From assembly GCA_963704075.1 (NCBI GenBank), contig CAVPGV010000011.1, forward strand, positions 29,884 to 93,883: 64,000 nucleotides of DNA, given 5' to 3'. The position numbers and the translations under genes were made by a program. Below the pieces are notes generated by a model that saw only the letters and a program-made list of their open reading frames with translations, was not told the DNA's origin and searched no databases. This document shows positions 29,240-39,693 of this stretch, in pieces (positions within the stretch are counted from its first letter, which is position 1; each line of letters starts with the position of its first letter). This stretch comes from an uncultured Actinomycetota bacterium (GTDB lineage: Bacteria; Actinomycetota; Actinomycetes; S36-B12; UBA10799).

Positions 29240-31037
29240 TCAGAGATCCGGCACCAGCGTCGGGCGCAGCGAACCCACCTGCCCACCGACGCCGAGCTGC
29301 CCCCGGTTGTTCGAACCCCAGCACTGCACCGAGACGCCGGTCACGGCGCAGGAGTGATAACCGCCGGCGGCCACGGCCCTTGCGGAACTCAAGCCGATAC
29401 GGGTGGGAGTGCCCCTATCGATCTGGGTGCCGTCACCGAGGCGACCGCCCTGGTTACGCCCCCAGCACCGCACGCTCGAGCCGGTCACCGCGCAGGTGTG
29501 GTACGCACCGGCCGCGACCGCGGACGCGACGGGCATGTTCACCTCGACGGGCGTCAGCGCGTCCCTGGAGCCCCCATCGCCTAGTTGCCCGTGCTCGTTG
29601 CCGCCCCAGCACTGCACTGAGTCGTCGTCCAGTAGTGCACAGGTGTGGAACACCCCGGCCGTCAGCGAAGCGACCGTGGGCAGCTGTGGCCGGACCGGGC
29701 CTGACGAGTCACTGGTGGAGTTGTTGCCCAACTGGCCATGATCATTGGCCCCCCAGCAGCGCACCGATCCGTTGCTCAGCACCGCGCACGTGTGGGCGTA
29801 GCCGGCGGTGATCGACACGGCGTTCGAGATGCCGGGCACAGCGACCGGGACGTTGGTGCTGGAGGGCCCAGCGACACCCAACTGCCCGCGGTCGTTGGCG
29901 CCCCAGCAGCGCACCGATCCGTTGCTCAGCACCGCGCAGCTGTGCCCGCCGCCTGCGGCCACGTCCACCGCACCGGGCAGATCGACGGTCATGGGAACCC
30001 TCACATCGTCGGTGTCGGGTTGCGCCGCCTGCCCCTCGTCATTGCGTCCCCAGCACAGGATGCTCGCGTCGCGCTGACGCACACACGTGTGCTCACCGCC
30101 TGCGACCACCTGCACCGCATCTGACAGATCGACCCCGACCGGGGTCTGCGCGTCGGTCGTCGTGCCGTTTCCGATCTGGCCGTGACGGTTGTCGCCCCAG
30201 CACTCGACCGCCCGGCCCGGGTCGGCCGCGGCAAGATCCGAACCGACATTGTCCCCCTTCACCAGAGCACAGGTGTGCGCCAAGCCGGCGGTGACCGTCT
30301 CGGCTTCCGCGGTCGTGCGGGCGATGATGCTCGCGGGTCTGCTCGCGTTGCCGGAGAAGTCGACCATGAACACGCTGTAGCTGTAGGTGGTGTGGGGGCG
30401 CAGGCCAGTGTCAGTGGTCGAGGTGGCCAGGCGCTCGAGTGACAGTGCCTTGCCTTCATCCAGCGACACGGGCGCGACCGAGCCGACTTTGCGGCGCACG
30501 GCCACTGCCTGCAGATCGGGTGCTGAGCCGTTCACCCACGTCAAGTCGATCGAGGACGTGGTCCGCCCGGTCACCTTCAGTTCGTCGGCCGGGCCGGGTG
30601 GATAGCTGTCGGTGCGAGGGTTCCATGTGTATTGCAGCCGTACGGTCAACTTGCGCTTGCGCACCTTCACCCGCACCGGCAGATCCGGTACCGCGGATGT
30701 GCCACCGTCGGCGACGATCGGCGCGGCCCAGACCCGGTACTTGCCGGGCTTGAGATTACGCAGCTTTGCCGGCCGAGGGGAGCTTCTTGCGATAGCGCTT
30801 GCCGGCGACGGTGATCTTCGGCGAGCGTCCTTGCGGAATCCCCTGCGCCACCACACGCAGGGTGCCGCGCTTCTTGGCCTTCTTCTTCTTCGCCTTCTTC
30901 TGCGGCTTCTTCTTGACCGGTACGGATTGCGAAGTGATCGATGGTGCCGAGGACGGTGATGTGGCGCTCGATGGGGCGCCGGCCAGCAGGGTCACGCCCA
31001 AGGCGACGGCCACCGTCACCGCACCTGCTCTATTCAC
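29240..31037 (-). CDS. Secreted FN3 + RCC1-repeat beta-propeller protein (frameshift near 30770)
   Basis: Signal peptide, Lys-rich linker, FN3 (IDLTW..TGLRPHTTYSYSVF), about 7 repeats of AG.HTCA..V.CWG.N..GQLG. Confidence 0.87.
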
Positions 31038-31077
31038 CGGATCACCCTCACTTGTTCACGGTAATGGCTCGTCGGGC

Positions 31078-31269
31078 TCACTTGCCGCGCTTGGCGCCGT
31101 CGCCGGGCTTGTTCGTGCGGGTGGTGATGAAGTACCCGACCCCGGCACCGGCGCCGGCGGCCACGGCCACGGTGGTCAAGGTCTGGCTGTCCAGCAGACG
31201 GCCCAGGACCGCGATGATGATGGCGCATCCGACTGCCACGAGCACGGAGACGACGATCGACCTACCCAT
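31078..31269 (-). CDS. Small two-TM membrane protein
   Basis: Two hydrophobic stretches and a basic tail; same strand as its neighbours. Confidence 0.55.
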   Translation of the reverse strand: MGRSIVVSVLVAVGCAIIIAVLGRLLDSQTLTTVAVAAGAGAGVGYFITTRTNKPGDGAKRGK

Positions 31270-31334
31270 CCATCGAGGGTAACCAACGGCGCGATCGGCC
31301 CTCGACGCAGTACGGTCCTGCGAACCTGCAGCGA

Positions 31335-33428
31335 CTACGCAGAGTGATCCTGGCGACTGCGGAACCGCCGCAGACGCAGGCTGTTGAGCACGACGAAGAC
31401 CGACGAGAATGCCATGGCGGCGCCGGCCACCATGGGTGTCAGCAGCCCCGCCATCGCCAACGGGATGGCCGCGCTGTTGTAGGCGAAGGCCCAGAAGAGG
31501 TTCTGTTTGATGGTGCGCAAGGTGCGCCGGCTCAGGCGGATCGCGTCCACGATGGCCACCGGATCACCGCGCACGAGCGTGATGTCACTGGCCGCGATCG
31601 CCACGTCCGCACCCGCGCCCATCGCGATCCCGAGATCGGCCTGTGCCAGCGCGGCGGAGTCGTTGACACCGTCCCCGACCATTGCGACTCGAGAACCGCC
31701 AGCCTGAAGGTCCGCGACCGCCGCCTGCTTGTCCAGCGGCTTGACGTCGGAGATGACCTCCCCGATTCCGACCTCCTCGGCGACCTGCTCGGCGGCGTGA
31801 CGGGTGTCCCCGGTCAGTAGCACCGTGCGCAGACCGATCTCGTGCAACTGCTCCACCGCCCGGGCACTGGTGGGCCGGATGGTGTCGCTGACCAGGATCT
31901 GCGCCCGTACCCCTCCGTCCCATGCCGCGAGAACCGCCGCGTCGGTGTCCGCCGCTGCGAAACCGAGCTCACGCAACCACCTGGAGGTGCCGGCGACCAC
32001 CTGCAACCCGTCCACCGTCCCGGACACCCCTCTGCCGGGGACGGCCCGGAAGTCCTCGAGGTGTCCTCGCTCGGGCAGAGCAACGGCGATCGCCCGGCCG
32101 ATGGGATGCTCGCTGGCGGACTCCAACGTTCCGACCAGACGATCGCAGCGGGGGTCGTCGGATCGAACGTCGACCTCGATGGACCCCTGCGTCAAGGTTC
32201 CGGTCTTGTCCAGCACGACGGTGTCGATGGCCCGGGTGCGCTCAAGAATCTCCGGCCCGGAGATCAGCACGCCCATTTGCGCGCCCTTGCCGGTCCCCAC
32301 CAGGATGGCGGTGGGTGTGGCCAGACCCAGGGCGCACGGGCACGCGATGATCAGCACCGCCACCGCCGCGGTGAAGGCGTCGCTCCAACCCGCCCCCGAG
32401 AGCAGCCAGCCCGCCGCGGTCAGGATCGACAGGATCAGCACCACCGGCACGAACACCGACGACACCCGGTCGGCCAGGCGCTGCACCGGGGCCTTGCCGG
32501 TCTGGGCACTCTCGACGGCTGCGGCGATCTGGGCTAGCTCGGTGTCCTTGCCGACGCGTTCGGCGCGGGCGATCAAGCGGCCGGTCTGATTGACCGCTGC
32601 GCCGATCACGCGGTCACCCGGACCCACTTCGACGGGCACCGACTCTCCGGTGATCAGGGCATTGTCGACCGAGGAGTCTCCGGCGACGACCACCGCATCG
32701 GTTGCGATACGCTCACCGGGCCTGATCACGAACTCATCCCCGACGACCAATTCCCCGATGGGGATGGACACCTCCCGACCATCGCGCAGGACTGTGGCTT
32801 CCTTTGCGCCGAGTTTCAGCAAGGCGGTGACAGCCTCACCTGCGCGCTTCTTCGCCCTTGCCTCGGCGTAGCGTCCGGCCAACAGGAAGGTCGTGACGGT
32901 GACGGCCACCTCGAAATAGATGTGGCCCCCGGTGAACAACGCGACCACCGACCAGGTGTACGCGGCGAGGACTCCCAGACTGACCAGGGTGTCCATCGTC
33001 GTGCTGCCGTGCCGGGCGGCGTTGAACGCAGCTCGGTGGAACGGCCATGCCGACCACACCACCACGGGGGTCGAGAGCGCGGCGATGGTCCACATCAATG
33101 CCGCCGAGTGCGGCATCGGCATCGCCATGGACAGCACGATGACCGGTATCGCCAGGACCGCGGCGACAACAAGTCGTCGCAACAACGTCGGATCATCGTG
33201 CTGATGCTCGGTCTCGGCCTTGTGCTCCACAGCGCCGTAGCCGGCTTTCTCGACCGCGGCCACGCAGTCCTCGACGCTGACGCCTTTCGGGAGATCCAGA
33301 CGGACCGAGTGGGTCGCGAAGTTGACGTTGGCCTCAACGCCGGGCAGCGCCTTCAACTTCTTCTCGATGCGCGCAGCACACGACGCGCAGGTCATGCCTT
33401 CGAGGTCGAGGTCCACGCTGGTGCTCAC
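31335..33428 (-). CDS. copA: Cu(I)-translocating P1B-type ATPase
   Basis: GMTCASC, TGES, CPC, DKTGT, SEHP, GDGVND, YN and MAFSS motifs. Confidence 0.93.
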   Translation of the reverse strand: MSTSVDLDLEGMTCASCAARIEKKLKALPGVEANVNFATHSVRLDLPKGVSVEDCVAAVEKAGYGAVEHKAETEHQHDDPTLLRRLVVAAVLAIPVIVLSMAMPMPHSAALMWTIAALSTPVVVWSAWPFHRAAFNAARHGSTTMDTLVSLGVLAAYTWSVVALFTGGHIYFEVAVTVTTFLLAGRYAEARAKKRAGEAVTALLKLGAKEATVLRDGREVSIPIGELVVGDEFVIRPGERIATDAVVVAGDSSVDNALITGESVPVEVGPGDRVIGAAVNQTGRLIARAERVGKDTELAQIAAAVESAQTGKAPVQRLADRVSSVFVPVVLILSILTAAGWLLSGAGWSDAFTAAVAVLIIACPCALGLATPTAILVGTGKGAQMGVLISGPEILERTRAIDTVVLDKTGTLTQGSIEVDVRSDDPRCDRLVGTLESASEHPIGRAIAVALPERGHLEDFRAVPGRGVSGTVDGLQVVAGTSRWLRELGFAAADTDAAVLAAWDGGVRAQILVSDTIRPTSARAVEQLHEIGLRTVLLTGDTRHAAEQVAEEVGIGEVISDVKPLDKQAAVADLQAGGSRVAMVGDGVNDSAALAQADLGIAMGAGADVAIAASDITLVRGDPVAIVDAIRLSRRTLRTIKQNLFWAFAYNSAAIPLAMAGLLTPMVAGAAMAFSSVFVVLNSLRLRRFRSRQDHSA

Positions 33429-33477
33429 AGGGGTTCCAACGCACTGGCGGGGGGCGGCCATTCCCGCCGGGCGGTGA

Positions 33478-34975
33478 TCAGGCGTTTCGGACGAACAAGC
33501 CCAGCACCGCCGCCAGCGAGAGCACCGAACGCGGCTCGTAGGCAGCTCGCCAGATGCCACCATGGTTGGCCGCGTCGGAGAACAGGTCCATGGGGTTGTG
33601 CAGCGTCGATCCCGGGTTCGAAGCCGACTGCGGATCCCGTAGGTCGCGCACCAGCAGCGCGGCCATCAGCGTGTTGGCCGTGGACGGCGCGAACACCTCG
33701 ATCCCGAAGCGCCCAGCACCCGCGTACGCCGCCGCGAGAGCCCGATTCTTGACCACCGACCGGGTCCGCGTCGCCGGCGCCACGTTGAGCGACACGAGTT
33801 GGCCGGCTTCACGCGCAACGATGGCCCGCCACCGCTGCAGGCGTTTGGCCAACGCATAGTTCGGACCCTGCTGTGGGACCAGGCAGTCTGCGATACCCAC
33901 CTCCCGGCCGCTGTCGTCGATCACCGTGTCCCGATAGGCCGGCTCGAACAGATTCGCCAGATGCAAGGGCGCCTGCAGAACCCGACGGGTGCGGCGTTGC
34001 TCCCACTTCTGCCGGGCCATGGCCACGGCATCCTCGGGCACCGCGAACACGTCCGTCGGCGTTGCAAGATATGCCAGCGACACGTCCTCGCGCTCTTCGG
34101 ACAACAGCAACCCGATGGCGTCTATCGCCATCGACAGGCGGACGTGGGCACCCCCGTCGGCGTAGGCATAGTTGCCCAGGGTGAACCCGCCGTCGATCTC
34201 GCGCAACCAGCTCAGCATCGCGTCGGTCTGGGTCAGGACGTCCAGCCCGGCCAGCTGCGCGATCCGCGAGTCGGGCGCACTGTCCAGGTAGGCCGACCCC
34301 CGCGGCACGGGCACCGCCAACCGCCCCGCCGACTCCTTGCCCGTGGCCATCACCCGCTCCCAGGTGCCGGGATTGGGAAGGTCGACCGCGTAGACGGTGG
34401 CGCCCCAGTCCAGCAGTTGACGCAACGGGCCCATCTCGGAGCCGGCCCCTATCACCACGATCTGCAGGTCCCTGACGTCGAGCCACTCGGGGTTGGCCAT
34501 CACGGCCCGCACGGCGTCGGCGAACGTGGGTTCGGCGATCCCGCGTGCCACCCAGTCGTCGAGTTGCCGGTGCAGGTCCCCACCGGCCAGGCGCTGCCCC
34601 TGGTAGGGCACGGAGAAGTCACCACGCCGCTCGCCGCGGCCGATCACCTCGAAGGTGTCCATCCCCTCGTGTTCGCTGGCGGCCAATCCGGCCAGAAAGC
34701 GGCTGGTCGCCCTCCTCATCGGTCCACACGAAACGCTCATGCAGCGACCGCAGGCCCTCGCGCGAGACGTCGACTGCTGCGGTCGGGCTGGCCGCAGCCA
34801 CGGTCACGAGTTCACGGATCGCCGACAGGTAGTCCGAACGCCAGTCCTTGATGGCTTCGACCCTGCGGGCGGCTGCGGGATCGACCTGCCGCAGGGCATC
34901 GGCGATGACCGCCCGGCCGGTGGCCGTCGTGCTGCGTGATCCGTCCGCGCCGATGGGAAAGTCGACTGTGTGCAT
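33478..34975 (-). CDS. Uncharacterised protein with Rossmann-like segment (frameshift near 34700)
   Basis: Joined ORFs 34619-34975 and 33478-34740; VVIGAGSEMGP..GATVYAVD; QQGPNYALAK. Confidence 0.8.
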
Positions 34976-35099
34976 GGTCGAACAATGTACTCCCAGGCGT
35001 GATGGACCGGCAGGACTCCGCCCGGGGAGCTGACAGCGCGCCGTTCGAGGAGATCAACCCGCTGGGGTGCCACCCGCGTCTGCCCCAACCCCACCCCCG

Positions 35100-35200
35100 C
35101 AGCCGTTGGAGATGCGCACAGCCGTTGGAGATGCGCGCACGTTCTAACACTCACTTCTGTACCGTTGTCCAACGCATGTGCACAACTCTCACGCCTGCGC
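35100..35200. repeat. 19-bp tandem repeat plus degenerate inverted copies (REP-like)
   Basis: CAGCCGTTGGAGATGCGC at 35100 and 35119; TCCAACGCATGTGC downstream. Confidence 0.7.
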
Positions 35201-35311
35201 CACGTTTCGCCTGACTCAGGCCACGGCGGATGAGGCGATCTGGCAACTCCCGATGGCGAAAGGCAGGCCGAACCCGAGCGAAGAAGAACCAGCGTGCCGC
35301 CGAACCCACGG

Positions 35312-38236
35312 CTACTCCAGACCGTAGAAGATTCTCTCCATCACGTTCCGGGCCCGCCGCGACGCCCGGCGGTAGTCCTCGGACATCGCACCGCGGTCAT
35401 CCGGCGAGTAGTGCAGAAGGTGCGCCACACGCGCCAACATCCGGGCATCTGTGGGTACCGAGTCACTGGCCCGCCCGGAACTGAGCATGACCGCGTCGCG
35501 AATGGAGGAGGCCAGTCGCCAGGCGTCCACCAGTCGCTGGCAGTCCTCATCGCCGATCAAACCGATGGAAGCGGCGTGCTCCAACACCGAGGCGGTCTGT
35601 GTCGTTCGCAGTTCCGGTATCTCGTGGCCGTGCTGCAACTGCAACAGTTGGGCCACCCATTCGACGTCCGACAGTCCGCCGCGTCCCAGCTTCACGTGCA
35701 GTGCCGGATCGGCACCGCGCGGCAGCCGTTCGGCCTCCATCCGCGCCTTCAGCCGCCGCATCTCCACGAGGTCCGATTGCGGGACACCGCGCCGGGGATA
35801 GCGGATCGGATCGATCACCTCGATGAACGCATCTTGCAGAGCTGGCGAACCCGCCACCGGCCGGGCGCGTAGAAGTGCTTGCGCCTCCCAGGCCGCGGAC
35901 CAACGCCGGTAGTAGGCCTCGTAGGACGCCAGCGATCGGGCCAGCGGACCGTTGCGCCCCTCCGGGCGTAGGTCAGCGTCCATGTCGATCGGCGGGTCAG
36001 CGCTGGGCAGCGCGAGCAGGCGACGCAATTCGTTGGCCACACCCAGGGCCGCATCCGATGCTGTCTTGTCCTCGATGCCTTCACGGCCCCGGTACACGAA
36101 CATCACATCCGCGTCCGATCCGTACCCCAGTTCCTCCCCGCCGTAGCGGCCCATCCCGATGATGACGAACTCGACGAGGTCCTCGGCCGGCCGGTCGTCG
36201 ACGCGCACGGCCTCGGTGGCAACGGCCAGAGCCGCCTGAATCGTCGCATCCGCGATGTGCGACAGCGCCCGGCCGACCTCATCGATGGACAGCAAACCCA
36301 GACAGTCGGCCGCCGAGATCCGGAACAGTTCGCGGCGACGAGTCGCCCGGATGGCGGCGATGGCCGACTCCGGGTCGACCTGTCGCAGGCCTGCGGTCAG
36401 TGCCTCGGCGGCGATGTCGGCGGCCGGCCGTGGCCGCAACTGTTCGTCGTCGGCGAGCATCTGCACCGCGTCGGGGGCCCGCAGCAGCAGATCGGTGGCG
36501 AACGGTGAAGTCGCCAGCAGGTGGGCCATGTGCTCAGCGCTCTGCGACTCGTCGCGCAGCAATCTCAGGTACCAGGGCGTCGAACCCAGTGCCTCCGACA
36601 CCCGTCGGAACCCTGAGAGCCCCGAGTCCGGATCCGGACAGTCTGCGAACCAGCCGAGCATCACCGGCAGCAGCGTCCGCTGGATCGCAGCCCTGCGACT
36701 GACCCCGTTGGTGAGCGACTCCAGGTGTCGCAGCGCACCCTTCGGGTCGTGGTAACCGAGTGCCCACAGCCGCTGCTCCGCCGCCTCGGGGGTGAGCCGG
36801 GCCTCCCCGGAGTCCAGCCTGGCCACGGCGTTGAGCAACGGGCGGTAGAAGAGTTTCTCGTGCAGGCGCCTGACCTGGCGCACCTGTTTGCCGAAAGCGG
36901 TCTCGAGTTCCTGGGCGGGGTTGGTGCGGATGCCCATCGAGCGGGCGATGACCCGCAGTTCGGGTTCCCGGTCCGGCAGCAGATGGGTACGGCGCATCTG
37001 GCGCAGTTGGACGCGGTGTTCGAGGATGCGCAGGAACCGGTAGGCCGACCCCATGCCGGCTGCGTCCTCCCGACCCACATAGCCCCAGGTCGCCAATGCC
37101 TCGAGCGCCGTCAGAGTCGTCGGCGAGCGCAACGTGACGTCGCTGCGGCCGTGCACCAACTGCAGGATCTGCACGGCGAACTCCACGTCGCGCAATCCGC
37201 CGCGACCGAGCTTGATCTCCCGGGCGGCCTGCTTCTCGGGGATGTGCTCCTCCACCCGGCGGCGCATGGCCTGGACGTCGTCGACGAAGTTCTCGCGAGC
37301 GGCCGCCGACCAGACGAAATCTGAAACCGCATCCACGTATCGCGCGCCGAGAGCCAAGTCCCCCGCGGCGGGCCGGATCTTGAGCAGGGCCTGGAACTCC
37401 CAGGTCTTGGCCCACTTCGTGTAGTACGCCACGTAGGAGTCGATCGTGCGCACCAAGGCGCCGGCTTTGCCCTCGGGGCGCAACGCCGCATCCACCTCCC
37501 AGATGGACCCCTCGGAGGTCGCCGCGTTCGCGATCTGCATCACCTTGCTGGCGATCTGCTGCCCGATGCGCATCGCGGTGTCGCGCGGGACCTCCTCCGA
37601 GCTGGGTTCGGCGATGAACACGACGTCCACGTCGGAGATGTAATTGAGTTCCCGGGCTCCGCACTTGCCCATCGCGATGATCGCCAATTGGACCTGGTCG
37701 GTTGCCTCACCGATCTCCCGGACGGCTAGTTCGTAGCAGCCCTGTAGGGCTGCATCTGCCAGAGCCGTCAACTCGGCCATCGTCGTCTCGAGGCTGGATT
37801 CCCCGCACAGGTCCCGGGCGGCGACGTTGATCAGTTCGCGGCGGTAGGCAACCCGCAGGTCGAGCATGGCGTGCTCGCCGCTCAACGAGGCAAGGATGCG
37901 GTCGCGGGCACCGTCGATGCCGTCGCGTGTCAGCGCCGACACCGCCTCGGGATGCCTGATCAGGAAGTCGCCGAGGCTCTCGGAGGCCCCGAGCAGGCTC
38001 AGCAACCTCGCCGAGTGTGCCGGATCCTCGAGCACCGCATGACAGGCGGGATTGTCCGGGGCGATCTCGGCGAGCACCGCGGCCGCTCGATCCGGGTCCG
38101 CGGCCAGGGCGAGGTCGGAGAGGTCGAACTCGTAACCCGCGTCGGTGAGCCTGGCGAGGTTGTCCCCGGTCCGTTCGACGTCGGTGACGCCGATCCGGAC
38201 GAGGTCCGAGTGCTGGCTGGCCCGGCGCGGACTCAT
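35312..38236 (-). CDS. glnE: Bifunctional glutamine synthetase adenylyltransferase/deadenylase
   Basis: MGKCGARELNYISDVD, LRPEG, KLGRGGLRDVEF, second domain MGRYGG..GYGSDAD. Confidence 0.97.
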   Translation of the reverse strand: MSPRRASQHSDLVRIGVTDVERTGDNLARLTDAGYEFDLSDLALAADPDRAAAVLAEIAPDNPACHAVLEDPAHSARLLSLLGASESLGDFLIRHPEAVSALTRDGIDGARDRILASLSGEHAMLDLRVAYRRELINVAARDLCGESSLETTMAELTALADAALQGCYELAVREIGEATDQVQLAIIAMGKCGARELNYISDVDVVFIAEPSSEEVPRDTAMRIGQQIASKVMQIANAATSEGSIWEVDAALRPEGKAGALVRTIDSYVAYYTKWAKTWEFQALLKIRPAAGDLALGARYVDAVSDFVWSAAARENFVDDVQAMRRRVEEHIPEKQAAREIKLGRGGLRDVEFAVQILQLVHGRSDVTLRSPTTLTALEALATWGYVGREDAAGMGSAYRFLRILEHRVQLRQMRRTHLLPDREPELRVIARSMGIRTNPAQELETAFGKQVRQVRRLHEKLFYRPLLNAVARLDSGEARLTPEAAEQRLWALGYHDPKGALRHLESLTNGVSRRAAIQRTLLPVMLGWFADCPDPDSGLSGFRRVSEALGSTPWYLRLLRDESQSAEHMAHLLATSPFATDLLLRAPDAVQMLADDEQLRPRPAADIAAEALTAGLRQVDPESAIAAIRATRRRELFRISAADCLGLLSIDEVGRALSHIADATIQAALAVATEAVRVDDRPAEDLVEFVIIGMGRYGGEELGYGSDADVMFVYRGREGIEDKTASDAALGVANELRRLLALPSADPPIDMDADLRPEGRNGPLARSLASYEAYYRRWSAAWEAQALLRARPVAGSPALQDAFIEVIDPIRYPRRGVPQSDLVEMRRLKARMEAERLPRGADPALHVKLGRGGLSDVEWVAQLLQLQHGHEIPELRTTQTASVLEHAASIGLIGDEDCQRLVDAWRLASSIRDAVMLSSGRASDSVPTDARMLARVAHLLHYSPDDRGAMSEDYRRASRRARNVMERIFYGLE

Positions 38237-39567
38237 AGCGACAGGTACCGCTCCATCTCGAAGCGGGTCACGTGTGCCCGGTACTCGTCCCACTCGGCCT
38301 TCTTGTTGCGCAGGAAGAAGTCGAAAACATGCTCACCGAGCGTCTCCGCGACCAGCTCCGAACCCTCCATCGCCGCGATCGCCTGCTCCAGACTGCCGGG
38401 CAGCGGCTGCAGGCCCATCGCGCGCCGTTCTCCGTCACTGAGGGCCCATACGTCGTCTTCGGTCGCAGCCGGCAGTTCGTACTTCTCCTCGATGCCCTTC
38501 AGGCCGGCCGCCAGGATCAGCGCGTAGGCCAGGTACGGGTTGGCCGCGCTGTCCAGGGAGCGGAACTCCACCCGGGTCGACTGGCCCTTGGCCGGCTTGT
38601 ACATCGGTACCCGCACCAGGGCAGAGCGGTTGTTGTGGCCCCAGCAGATGTAGCTGGGAGCCTCTCCCCCACCGGCCAGACGCTTGTAGGAGTTGATCCA
38701 CTGGTTGGTCACCGCGGTGATCTCCGGGGCGTGATGAAGCAGCCCGGCGATGAACTGCCGCGCCAGTGGGGACAACTGGAACTCGGCACCCGGCTCGAAG
38801 AAGGCGTTGGAATCCCCTTCGAACAGGCTCACGTGCGTGTGCATGCCGGAACCCGGGTGGTCGGTGAACGGCTTGGGCATGAAGGACGCGACCACCCCGT
38901 GCTCGAGCGCGACCTCCTTGACCACGAGTCGGAACGTCATGATGTTGTCCGCAGTCGTCAGCGCGTCGGCGTAGCGCAGGTCGATCTCCTGCTGACCTGG
39001 TCCGCCTTCGTGGTGGGAGAACTCCACGGAGATGCCCATGTGCTCCAGCGTCGCGATGGCCTGCCGCCGGAAGTCCTGTCCGGCCGGATGTGGACTGTGG
39101 TCGAAGTATCCGACGTTGTCGACCGGCACCGGGTCCCGGCCCTCGTCCGGGGTCTCTTTGAACAGGAAGAACTCGATCTCCGGATGGGTGTAGAACGTGA
39201 AGCCCTGCTGTGCGGCCTTGGCCAACTGCCGCTTGAGCACCCAGCGGGGGTCGGCATACGAGGGCGACCCGTCGGGCAGCAGGATGTCGCAGAACATCCT
39301 CCCGACCGGCATGTCGTCGCCGCGCCACGGCAGGATCTGGAAACTCGACGGGTCGGGCTTGGCGAGCATGTCGGACTCGGTCAACCGAGAGAAACCTTCG
39401 ATGGCGGAACCGTCGAACCCGAGGCCCTCGGCGAACGCCCCCTCGAGTTCCGCGGGCGCGATCGACACCGACTTGAGGATCCCGAGGACGTCGGTGAACC
39501 ACAGGCGGATGAAACGGATGTCCCGTTCCTCGATAGTGCGCAGAACGTATTCAGTCTGCTTGTCCAT
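38233..39567 (-). CDS. glnA2: Glutamine synthetase family protein GlnA2
   Basis: MDKQTEYVLRTIEERDIRFIRLWFTD, FDGSAIEGF, HHEGGPGQQEID, FMPKPF; next to glnE. Confidence 0.93.
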   Translation of the reverse strand: MDKQTEYVLRTIEERDIRFIRLWFTDVLGILKSVSIAPAELEGAFAEGLGFDGSAIEGFSRLTESDMLAKPDPSSFQILPWRGDDMPVGRMFCDILLPDGSPSYADPRWVLKRQLAKAAQQGFTFYTHPEIEFFLFKETPDEGRDPVPVDNVGYFDHSPHPAGQDFRRQAIATLEHMGISVEFSHHEGGPGQQEIDLRYADALTTADNIMTFRLVVKEVALEHGVVASFMPKPFTDHPGSGMHTHVSLFEGDSNAFFEPGAEFQLSPLARQFIAGLLHHAPEITAVTNQWINSYKRLAGGGEAPSYICWGHNNRSALVRVPMYKPAKGQSTRVEFRSLDSAANPYLAYALILAAGLKGIEEKYELPAATEDDVWALSDGERRAMGLQPLPGSLEQAIAAMEGSELVAETLGEHVFDFFLRNKKAEWDEYRAHVTRFEMERYLSL

Positions 39568-39693
39568 GACCCCATCCTGCCGCATGCCCGCGACGCGCCG
39601 CGCCCTGCTCGCTGCGGGGCCCTCGCCACGCCGACCGCCGCCGCCGATTCATAGCCTCGACACCGCTCACCGGGCGTTTGCCAGACTGAGCCC

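Noticed and set aside
35100-35137. Possible CRISPR repeats
   Set aside because: Head-to-tail 19-mers with no spacers.
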